From positions 594,236-658,235 of the forward strand of contig OZ245760.1 of assembly GCA_965227695.1 (NCBI GenBank): DNA of 64,000 nt. The letters run 5' to 3'. The number at the start of each line of letters is the position of its first letter. Positions within the stretch are counted from its first letter, which is position 1. This document shows, one piece after another, positions 56,632 to 64,000 of the stretch. A program made the position numbers and the translations under genes. Below the pieces are notes generated by a model. The model had not been told where the DNA came from. It did no database searches and saw nothing but the letters and a program-made list of their open reading frames with translations. The stretch comes from Gammaproteobacteria bacterium (GTDB lineage: Bacteria; Pseudomonadota; Gammaproteobacteria; UBA4575).

Positions 56632-58512
56632 ATGGCCCGACGCATCACCTTAAAAAATCTAAGACTTGAAGGTCTGATCTTCAGGGAACGCGCGATCCTT
56701 TCGTCCATACTGGTGGCAGGCACGTTTATATTATTACTGGTGCGTTTATATGATTTGCAGATTTCAAACTACTCCCATTATCAGACGCTTTCGGATGATA
56801 ATAGGGTACGGATTGTGCCGGTTGCACCGACACGCGGACTGATTATGGATCGAAACGGTGAAATACTGGCTGATAACACACCGAACTATCAACTGGTCAT
56901 CACCCCGTCACAAGTGAAAGACATGGACACCCTGATTGGGGAGTTGTCGACATTTATTGAAATTCAGCCGCATGAACTGCAGCGCTTTCACAAAACCCTG
57001 AAACGCCATCAGTCGTTCCAGCAGACACCGATAAAGTTCAATCTTGCGGATGAAGAAGTGGCAAAATTTGCGGTTAATCAGCATCGCTTTCCCGGTGTGG
57101 AAATCACCGCACACTCCACCCGTTACTACCCACAAAAAAATACCTTTGCTCATGCTTTGGGATATGTCGGACGCATAAATGAGAAAGAATTAAGCAGACT
57201 TGATAAACATAATTATCAGGGCACCACCCATATTGGCAAGCTGGGAATTGAAAAGCACTATGAAAACCAATTACATGGCATCGTTGGCCACCGGCATGTG
57301 GAGATTAATGCGCAGGGTCGTACACTCAGAGTGCTTAAAACACAGCCTTCTTCACCGGGCATGGATATTCAACTATCACTACTGGCAAGGTTGCAGGAAG
57401 TTGCGCATGAGTCACTGGGTGATCAGAAAGGCGCCATTGTCGCGATTGACCCCAATAATGGTGATGTCCTGTCCTTTATCAGTCGGCCAAACTATGATCC
57501 GAATGCATTTGTAAACGGCATTGGCCGCAATGCATATGCCGCACTGCGCGATGACAAGCAACGACCCTTGTTTAACCGGGCATTAGTGGGGCAGTACCCG
57601 CCCGGCTCCACAGTCAAACCCATCGTGGCCCTGGCCGCTTTACAGTATGGACTGACCTGGCCCGAAAAAACCATGTATGCCGGTCCTTTTTTTCAATTGC
57701 CCGGCAGGGAGCGTAAATATCGTGACTGGAAAAAAGAGGGTCATGGCAAAGTAAACATGATCAGTGCCATTGCGCAGTCCTGTGATGTCTACTTTTATGA
57801 ATTGGGTAATGAGCTGGGTATCGACCGCATGCACGCCTTCTTAAGTCAGTTTGGCCTGGGAGAGCGGACCCGGCTTGATACGGTCGGAGAGGTAAAGGGA
57901 TTACTTCCCTCCCGTGAATGGAAGAGAGCAGCCAGGGGGCAGCCCTGGTATCCGGGTGAAACGATTATTGCCAGCATTGGCCAGGGATATATGCTAACAA
58001 CACCATTACAGCTGGCCGTCATGACGGGTTATATAGCCAACCATGGCAGGATGTACCGGCCAAGATTTGTGCGTGCGGTGCGTGAACCGGGTTCAGATCA
58101 GTTTCAAATAAAAACACCGCTTGAGATGGAACAGGTCTTGGTTGCCAATCCTGGCCACTGGCATGCCATTGAGCAATCCATGATAGATGTTGTGCACGCT
58201 TCAAATGGAACGGCCCGGAGAATTGGGGCTGATATCGCATATAAAATGGCAGGCAAAACAGGAACATCGCAGGTATTTGGTATTGCACAAGATGAAGAAT
58301 ATGAAGAAGATCAAGTGCCGAAGCATTTGCGTGATCATGCGCTTTTTATTGCCTATGCGCCGGTTGAGGACCCCCAGATTGCAGTGGCGGTCGTCGTTGA
58401 AAATGGCGGCAGTGGCGGTTCTACGGCAGCCCCCATTGCGCGTAAAATTATCGATAGTTATCTGCTGGAAGAATTGCCATTGAGAGAGAGCCGTCAAATT
58501 GTCCGTCACTAA
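56632..58512 (+). CDS. mrdA: penicillin-binding protein 2 (elongasome transpeptidase)
   Basis: 626 aa. Has an N-terminal TM anchor, the SxxK motif in PPGSTVKP, SxD in SCDVYF, and KTG in KTGTSQ. Confidence 0.9.
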   Translation: MARRITLKNLRLEGLIFRERAILSSILVAGTFILLLVRLYDLQISNYSHYQTLSDDNRVRIVPVAPTRGLIMDRNGEILADNTPNYQLVITPSQVKDMDTLIGELSTFIEIQPHELQRFHKTLKRHQSFQQTPIKFNLADEEVAKFAVNQHRFPGVEITAHSTRYYPQKNTFAHALGYVGRINEKELSRLDKHNYQGTTHIGKLGIEKHYENQLHGIVGHRHVEINAQGRTLRVLKTQPSSPGMDIQLSLLARLQEVAHESLGDQKGAIVAIDPNNGDVLSFISRPNYDPNAFVNGIGRNAYAALRDDKQRPLFNRALVGQYPPGSTVKPIVALAALQYGLTWPEKTMYAGPFFQLPGRERKYRDWKKEGHGKVNMISAIAQSCDVYFYELGNELGIDRMHAFLSQFGLGERTRLDTVGEVKGLLPSREWKRAARGQPWYPGETIIASIGQGYMLTTPLQLAVMTGYIANHGRMYRPRFVRAVREPGSDQFQIKTPLEMEQVLVANPGHWHAIEQSMIDVVHASNGTARRIGADIAYKMAGKTGTSQVFGIAQDEEYEEDQVPKHLRDHALFIAYAPVEDPQIAVAVVVENGGSGGSTAAPIARKIIDSYLLEELPLRESRQIVRH

Positions 58513-59617
58513 AGCCAGCCTGTATGAACACCCTTTGAGGGTCATATACCATTTTCTTAAGATTGATACTGCGCTGTTCATGGCGCTTGTCATCCTGAGT
58601 CTGAGCGGTTTAGTAGTGCTGTATAGCGCCAGCGGCGGAGATGTAGATGCGCTTCAGCGCCAGCTGATTCGTCTGGGTATCGGTTTTGCCGGCCTGCTCA
58701 TTTTTGCCCAGATCCCATCTGACCAGCTACGAAACTGGTCACTGGGTCTGTACTTAATTGGCGTAGCCCTGTTAGTTCTTGTGCTCATTTCAGGAGATAC
58801 CGGCAAAGGTGCGCAGCGCTGGCTCAATGTGGGTATAAGATTTCAGCCTTCGGAGCTTATGAAAATCTGGTTGCCGATGATGATGGCCTGGTATTATGCC
58901 AAACGGCCACTACCGCCCAGCATAAAAGATATATTTGTCGGTTTTGCGATCCTGCTGGTTCCCACCGCGCTTATTATTAAACAGCCGGATCTTGGCACTT
59001 CCATTCTGGTGGCAGGGGCTGGTTTGTTTGTTATTTTTCTCGCGGGTATTCGCTATCGGGTTATTGCTGCTTTTATTGCTTTGTTACTGGCGGCCGCTCC
59101 TGCTTTTTGGTTTTACCTGCATGATTATCAGCGTGGACGTATTCTGACTTTGCTTGATCCTGAACGTGATCCGCTGGGTGCCGGCTATCATATTATTCAG
59201 TCTAAAATTGCGATTGGATCGGGCGGATTATACGGACGTGGATGGCTAAATGGCACGCAATCCCAACTCGACTTTATTCCTGAACGGTCGACAGATTTTA
59301 TTTTTTCAGTACTTAGTGAAGAATTTGGTTTTTTTGGAACTTCATTGTTGATAATGGTCTACTTATTTATCATTGTGCGGGGACTGGTTATCGCAGCACG
59401 TGCACAGACATGTTATGCGCGTTTACTGGGAGGTGCGATAAGTCTGTCATTTTTTTCTTATGTATTTGTTAATATCGGCATGGTGTCCGGGTTGCTCCCG
59501 GTCGTTGGTGTACCATTGCCATTAATTAGCTACGGCGGCACCTCTATGGTAACGTTACTGACTATGTTTGGAATCCTGATGTCAATTCATTCTCACAGAA
59601 AACTGCTAGGCCATTGA
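58499..59617 (+). CDS. mrdB: peptidoglycan glycosyltransferase RodA (SEDS family)
   Basis: 372 aa with 10 TM segments. Overlaps mrdA by 14 bp, and ends with the SEDS C-terminal motif ...VGVPLPLISYGGTSM. Confidence 0.9.
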   Translation: MSVTKASLYEHPLRVIYHFLKIDTALFMALVILSLSGLVVLYSASGGDVDALQRQLIRLGIGFAGLLIFAQIPSDQLRNWSLGLYLIGVALLVLVLISGDTGKGAQRWLNVGIRFQPSELMKIWLPMMMAWYYAKRPLPPSIKDIFVGFAILLVPTALIIKQPDLGTSILVAGAGLFVIFLAGIRYRVIAAFIALLLAAAPAFWFYLHDYQRGRILTLLDPERDPLGAGYHIIQSKIAIGSGGLYGRGWLNGTQSQLDFIPERSTDFIFSVLSEEFGFFGTSLLIMVYLFIIVRGLVIAARAQTCYARLLGGAISLSFFSYVFVNIGMVSGLLPVVGVPLPLISYGGTSMVTLLTMFGILMSIHSHRKLLGH

Positions 59618-60621
59618 AACTATTATTTTCACATATTGTAATACTTTTGCTGATACTGCCCTGGTCTTCGGGATGGGCTGACTCATATTATGCACGCGCT
59701 GAAGTGAAAAATTTTATTCAGCGTATGATTGACGAGCATGGCTTTGAATATCCGCAGCTAAAATTATTATTCAAAAGCGTACAACAGCAGGAAGGCGTGC
59801 TCAAGGCGATTGCAACCCCTGCTGAACGTGAAAAAAAATGGTTTGAATATCGCCCTATTTTCCTGAAGCCGGCACGTGCCCAGGCAGGAGTCGCTTACTG
59901 GAAAGAGAATGAATCAATCCTGAAGGAAGCTGAAGAGATTTATGGTGTGCCGGCAGAAATTATTGTTGCCATTATCGGTGTTGAGACCTATTACGGCCGA
60001 ATTACTGGCACGCACCCTGTATTTGATAGTCTGGTTACACTTGGTTTTGATTATCCAAAGCGTGCAAAATTTTTCCTCAGTGAGCTGGAACACTTTCTTC
60101 TTATGTGTCGGGAAGAAGGGTTTGATCCGTCTCAACTTAAAGGTTCTTATGCCGGTGCCATGGGTGTTGGTCAGTTTATTTCCAGCAGTTATCGTCATTA
60201 CGCCGTGGATCATGACCAGGATGGCAGGCGCGACCTGTGGAATAGCCATGAAGATGTAATTGGCAGTGTCGCCAATTACTTCAAACAACACGGCTGGCGA
60301 CAACATCATGCCATTGCCAGTTCCGCGGTGTTCAAGGGTAACCCGAATCATATTGATACTTCCAACACTCTCAAGCCCGGCATCAAGTATGCGCAGCTAA
60401 ATAAACAGGGTTTTATTGCTGACAAGCCCGTTGGCATGAATGAATTAGTGTCATTATTTGTACTCGACAGTGATCGTGACTCCCAGGAATACTGGATCGG
60501 GCAGCATAATTTTTATGTTATCACCCGTTATAACCACAGCCACATGTACGCAATGGCGGTCTACCAGCTAAGCCAGGAAATCAAGAAGCAGTGGGTTCTG
60601 ACTGCACAGGGATTATATTAA
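59614..60621 (+). CDS. mltB: lytic murein transglycosylase B-like (SltB1/MltB)
   Basis: 335 aa with a signal peptide. YAGAMGVGQFISSSYRHYAVDHDQDGRRDLW is the MltB/Slt35 catalytic-domain signature, including the EF-hand-like D.DGR.D motif. Confidence 0.85.
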   Translation: MKLLFSHIVILLLILPWSSGWADSYYARAEVKNFIQRMIDEHGFEYPQLKLLFKSVQQQEGVLKAIATPAEREKKWFEYRPIFLKPARAQAGVAYWKENESILKEAEEIYGVPAEIIVAIIGVETYYGRITGTHPVFDSLVTLGFDYPKRAKFFLSELEHFLLMCREEGFDPSQLKGSYAGAMGVGQFISSSYRHYAVDHDQDGRRDLWNSHEDVIGSVANYFKQHGWRQHHAIASSAVFKGNPNHIDTSNTLKPGIKYAQLNKQGFIADKPVGMNELVSLFVLDSDRDSQEYWIGQHNFYVITRYNHSHMYAMAVYQLSQEIKKQWVLTAQGLY

Positions 60622-60629
60622 ATAAGATC

Positions 60630-61544
60630 ATGCGATTACTTGTTGTTGTGATAATCTCCGCCCTGACCGTAACGGCCTGCTCTCCTTACCAGATCAAAGA
60701 CTCGGCTCCAAAAACACCGACCCGGATTGATCGCACTGAAAAAGTAGTGCCGAAAGTAGAACCCAAAAGCAAATACGGAAATCCCAAATCATATGTGGTT
60801 TTTGGCAAACGCTACTACACGCTGCCTTCATCCAGGGGTTACGTAGAGCAGGGGATTGCTTCATGGTACGGTACCAAATTTCATGGCCGACGCACCTCCA
60901 GCGGTGAAACATATGACATGTATGCCATGACCGCTGCACATAAAACCCTACCTTTACCCACTTATGCCCGAGTGACCAATAAAAAAAATGGGCGTTCTAT
61001 TATTGTGCGTATTAATGACCGAGGACCATTTCATGATAATAGGATTATTGACCTGTCATATGCTGCTGCTACCCGGCTTGGAATCGTGACAATGGGCACA
61101 GGTTTGGTCGAGGTGCGTGCGATTGATCCACGCGCCAGTCAGGTTGCAGAAGACAGCGCCGGTAAAATCGCCGCCATGGCTGATGATGGCCTTGTCGATG
61201 TTGCAACCCCGGCCAGTAACACACAGACTGCTGATTCCGCGGTGAAGCAGAAATCCGGATCTTCACTTTTAACCTCTGTGCCACAAAATGATGAAAATGA
61301 GGTGGGTATTTTTGTTCAGATTGGTGCGTTTCGCAGTCAACAAAACGCATATAAACTGCGCAATCAGTTTAAAGCTTTTCAGTTGGGTCAGCTGGATGTG
61401 AAAACTGATAGGCTGGAAGACAGCCCAATCTATAAAGTCAGAATTGGCCCGATGTCAACAGTGGAGCAGGCAGATGAAACTGTCGCCAGGCTCAATCAAC
61501 TCGGACACATGGAATATAAGCTGGTCTTTCAGGAGACACGGTGA
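60630..61544 (+). CDS. rlpA: septal ring lytic transglycosylase RlpA with C-terminal SPOR domain
   Basis: From the ATG at 60630, with the lipobox LTVTAC. The DPBB domain is YGTKFHGRRTSSGETYDMYAMTAAHKTLPLPTYARVTN...NDRGPF, followed by a C-terminal SPOR-like domain (GIFVQIGAFRSQQNAYKL...). Confidence 0.85.
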   Translation: MRLLVVVIISALTVTACSPYQIKDSAPKTPTRIDRTEKVVPKVEPKSKYGNPKSYVVFGKRYYTLPSSRGYVEQGIASWYGTKFHGRRTSSGETYDMYAMTAAHKTLPLPTYARVTNKKNGRSIIVRINDRGPFHDNRIIDLSYAAATRLGIVTMGTGLVEVRAIDPRASQVAEDSAGKIAAMADDGLVDVATPASNTQTADSAVKQKSGSSLLTSVPQNDENEVGIFVQIGAFRSQQNAYKLRNQFKAFQLGQLDVKTDRLEDSPIYKVRIGPMSTVEQADETVARLNQLGHMEYKLVFQETR

Positions 61545-61589
61545 CACTGATTGTCTGTTAATTAAGTAATGTTTCTCTATTTTTATTGT

Positions 61590-62738
61590 ATGAATAAATT
61601 TGTTCCCCACCTGGTAATGGCGTTTGTTTTTTTATTGGCATTGATTGTACCCGCGTTGGCCGATCCGATACCAATACCGAAAGCTCCTATGATTAGCGCC
61701 AAAAGCTATATTTTGATGGATCATAATACAGGCACGGTGATTGCTGAAAAAAATGCTGATGAGCGTAATGATCCGGCCAGTATCACTAAGCTGATGACTG
61801 CTTATGTGGTATACAAAGTTCTCTCCGAAGGAACCTTGCAGCTAAATGATGAAGTGCTGATAAGTGAAAAAGCCTGGCGGGCGATTGGTTCGCGCATGTT
61901 CGTTGAAGTTGGCAAACGAGTTACTGTGGATGAGTTACTGCAGGGGCTGATCGTGCAATCAGGCAATGATGCAAGTATTGCACTGGCAGAGCATATTGCT
62001 GGCAGTGAAGAAGCCTTTGTTGGCATGATGAATATAGAAGCAGCCCGGCTCGGGCTGGTGAGTTCGCACTTCAGGAATGTGACCGGTTTGACCGATGAGC
62101 AGCATTTTATGACTGCACGTGATATTGCCGCGCTAAGCAGTGCGATTATCCGTGACTTTCCAGAGCAGTACCGGCGATATTCGCAAAAGGAGTATACATT
62201 CAACGGCATTACGCAACATAACCGTAACAAATTATTATGGCGTGACCCGGCGGTTGACGGTTTGAAAACAGGTCATACCGATGCAGCCAAATACTGCCTG
62301 GCTTCATCCGCGCAACGTGAAGATATGCGTTTAATTTCCGTGGTACTGGGTGCAAGCTCCGCGGATGCGCGGGCGACACATTCACAGGCGTTGCTTAACT
62401 ATGGTTTTCGATTTTTCGAATCACATCATCTTTATCAGGCAGGACAGGAATTAGTCAAAAAGCGTGCCTGGTTTGGTGAGAAGAAACAGGTAAGTCTGGG
62501 TATTGAGGAAGATATTACTATCACGATCCCGCGTGGTCGATACGATGATTTAAAGCCGGTTATGAAGGTCGCCTCGCAGCTGGAAGCGCCAATATCAAAA
62601 TATCAATCCGTTGGTAAAGTGGTAGTTAGCCTGGACGATGAAAAATACGCTGAAGTAGATTTGGTAGCGCTTGAAGAAATTGCCGAAGGCAGTTTATTTC
62701 AGAAATTGTCTGACTATGTCATGAGTTATTTTGAGTAA
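61590..62738 (+). CDS. dacA: D-alanyl-D-alanine carboxypeptidase (PBP5/6 class)
   Basis: From the ATG at 61590, with a signal peptide. Has SxxK in PASITKLMT, SGN in IVQSGND, and KTG in GLKTGHT, plus a C-terminal beta-sandwich domain. Confidence 0.85.
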   Translation: MNKFVPHLVMAFVFLLALIVPALADPIPIPKAPMISAKSYILMDHNTGTVIAEKNADERNDPASITKLMTAYVVYKVLSEGTLQLNDEVLISEKAWRAIGSRMFVEVGKRVTVDELLQGLIVQSGNDASIALAEHIAGSEEAFVGMMNIEAARLGLVSSHFRNVTGLTDEQHFMTARDIAALSSAIIRDFPEQYRRYSQKEYTFNGITQHNRNKLLWRDPAVDGLKTGHTDAAKYCLASSAQREDMRLISVVLGASSADARATHSQALLNYGFRFFESHHLYQAGQELVKKRAWFGEKKQVSLGIEEDITITIPRGRYDDLKPVMKVASQLEAPISKYQSVGKVVVSLDDEKYAEVDLVALEEIAEGSLFQKLSDYVMSYFE

Positions 62739-63579
62739 TACAATGCCAATTGCCTATCTCAACGGAGATTACCTGCCGCTTGAAGAATGTAAAATCTCTG
62801 CCCTTGACCGGGGTTTTATTTTTGGAGACGCGATCTATGAGCTCATTCCAGTGTATCACTCAGTGCCATTTTATCTCGATGCGCATCTGGAACGTTTGTA
62901 TCGTAGCCTTCAGCAGGTACAGATAAGTAATCCTTATTCGCAACAGCAATGGAAAGAAATTGTACAGCGGCTGATAGATAAGTCCGGTCTGCAGCAGTTA
63001 TCTGTATATATTCAGATCTCACGGGGAGTGGCGCCAAGAGATCATGCCTTTCCAGTTGGGACTTCCCCTACAGTATTCGCGATGACTAATCCATGGCCAG
63101 CAGATAGCGGCAATGCTCATATACATGGAGTCAGTGCAATCACTGCTGACGATATACGTTGGGACCGATGTGATATTAAGGTGACCAGCCTATTGGCAAA
63201 TGTGATGAAAAAACAATATGCCATAGACAACGATGCGCAGGAAGCCATTCTTGTTCGTGATGGTTATGTTCTTGAAGGTTCGGCGACCAATGTTTTTGTT
63301 GTTATCAATGGCACTATTATGACTGCACCCAAGAATCATTTGATCCTGCCTGGGATTACACGCGATATTACCGTAATGATAATTGGAGAGCTTGGTCTGC
63401 CACTTGTTGAGCAGGCTGTCACCCGGCAGCAACTGTATTCTGCGGATGAAGTATGGGTGACCAGTTCGACCAAAGAGTGCGCACCTGTTGTTTTGATAGA
63501 TAACCAGCCGGTTGGGACCGGTAAACCCGGCAAGCTCTGGCAACAGGTTGATGACGCTTTCCAGCAACGTAAGAAGTAA
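62731..63579 (+). CDS. dat: D-amino acid (D-alanine) aminotransferase, fold-type IV PLP enzyme
   Basis: 282 aa. Aligns with Bacillus Dat at DRGFIFGDAIYELIPVY, the IRWDRCDIKV segment (Dat Lys context), EGSATNVF, ILPGITRD and EVWVTSSTKE. Confidence 0.75.
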   Translation: MSNTMPIAYLNGDYLPLEECKISALDRGFIFGDAIYELIPVYHSVPFYLDAHLERLYRSLQQVQISNPYSQQQWKEIVQRLIDKSGLQQLSVYIQISRGVAPRDHAFPVGTSPTVFAMTNPWPADSGNAHIHGVSAITADDIRWDRCDIKVTSLLANVMKKQYAIDNDAQEAILVRDGYVLEGSATNVFVVINGTIMTAPKNHLILPGITRDITVMIIGELGLPLVEQAVTRQQLYSADEVWVTSSTKECAPVVLIDNQPVGTGKPGKLWQQVDDAFQQRKK

Positions 63580-63581
63580 AA

Positions 63582-63902
63582 ATGTCGCGGCAAAATAGCA
63601 AAGCAAATGGCGCCGGCGAAAAAGGTGCTAACGGCAATGGGGAGCAACCTCAAGGACTGGTATTTCCCTGTGAATTCCCCTTAAAGATGCTGGGTAAAAA
63701 TACGTTGCACTTTATAGCTGCCGTGGAAAAAGCAGTTGAAGATCACATACCAAGAGAGGACTGGGCTTCTACAAAAACCACTCCCAGTAAAAATAATAAC
63801 TATATCAGTTATACTATTGTTGTCATTGCACGTGATCGTGAGCAGCTTGATAGAGTGTGCGCCGCAGTAACCCGGTGCCCTGAAGTAATTATGGCATTAT
63901 AG
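63582..63902 (+). CDS. ybeD: YbeD/UPF0250 (DUF493) family protein with Gly/Asn-rich N-terminal extension
   Basis: 106 aa. The C-terminal 80 aa align with E. coli YbeD (FPCEFPLKMLGK ... RCPEVIMAL). It lies downstream of dacA, as ybeD does in enterics and Pseudomonas. Confidence 0.7.
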   Translation: MSRQNSKANGAGEKGANGNGEQPQGLVFPCEFPLKMLGKNTLHFIAAVEKAVEDHIPREDWASTKTTPSKNNNYISYTIVVIARDREQLDRVCAAVTRCPEVIMAL

Positions 63903-63961
63903 CCGATCGGTTACATTATAATTCAAATCTGCGGGTTTGAAGTCCTGGTAGATTCTTTCTG

Positions 63962-64000
63962 ATGTCAGCGCTGAATGGTCTGGTTGGCTACCTTTTTCAA
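63962..64000 (+). CDS. 5' end of an unidentified ORF running off the window (MSALNGLVGYLFQ...)
   Basis: An ATG at 63962 opens a frame that continues to the window edge. Synteny would predict lipB here, but 13 residues cannot confirm it. Confidence 0.15.
   Translation, partial: MSALNGLVGYLFQ

Noticed and set aside
1-64000. Search for mobile elements, integrases, tRNAs, CRISPR-cas, restriction-modification or toxin-antitoxin pairs
   Set aside because: I found no transposase or integrase-like ORF, no tRNA-like T-arm motif in the intergenic regions, no direct-repeat/spacer array, and no small paired toxin-antitoxin ORFs. The window looks like core chromosome.

Overview
This 64 kb window reads as chromosomal core DNA of a gammaproteobacterium at roughly 45-50% GC, densely coded and in many places syntenic with Pseudomonas or E. 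coli. No transposase, integrase, tRNA, CRISPR array or toxin-antitoxin pair was recognised. The recognisable blocks, in order, are listed here.

- **1 to 9 kb:** an FKBP-type PPIase tail, deaD, an NYN-domain protein with purC, purE-purK, a yhdH/acuI-like reductase, an SpmA/SpmB-like membrane protein, a c-type cytochrome and a small His-motif membrane protein.
- **9 to 19 kb:** rpe-gph, then trpE-trpG-trpD-trpC preceded by a candidate Trp-codon leader peptide, then crp/vfr, an OsmC-like yhfA, speD, coq7 with a GlcF-like Fe-S protein, and a divergent thioredoxin-like ferredoxin.
- **19 to 24 kb:** rplM-rpsI with flanking terminators, a SYLF-domain protein, a DUF3830-like protein, an HpcH-family aldolase, rpiA and ilvA.
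- **24 to 31 kb:** a Lys/Ala-rich histone-H1-like protein built on a 45-bp coding tandem repeat behind a 320-bp AT-rich tract, an EVE-domain protein, then the conserved 6S RNA-zapA-zapB | ygfB-pepP-ubiH-ubiI block and ppiC.
- **31 to 36 kb:** a three-gene operon of a PCu(A)C copper chaperone with an importer-type ABC permease and ATPase but no binding-protein gene; an orphan gcvH next to tpx; and a YyaL-like thioredoxin-domain protein.
- **36 to 47 kb:** lgt-thyA, folA, and the conserved lptD-surA-pdxA-rsmA-apaG-apaH operon carrying a three-gene insertion (secreted protein, PNPOx-fold protein, heme-c Tll0287-like protein).
- **47 to 54 kb:** an RND efflux pair followed by a divergent shikimate-kinase-fold P-loop protein and a MetA/HTS-family acyltransferase, an LTD-domain PEP-CTERM-like protein, and a secreted hypothetical.
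- **54 to 64 kb:** an H+-pyrophosphatase, then mrdA-rodA-mltB-rlpA-dacA-dat-ybeD.

The most promising candidates for something undescribed are the RND-kinase-acyltransferase module, the PCu(A)C-ABC operon, the insertion in the surA-pdxA operon, and the Fe-S/ferredoxin/Coq7 cluster. All calls rest on reading the translated ORFs and the DNA by eye; no database search was run.
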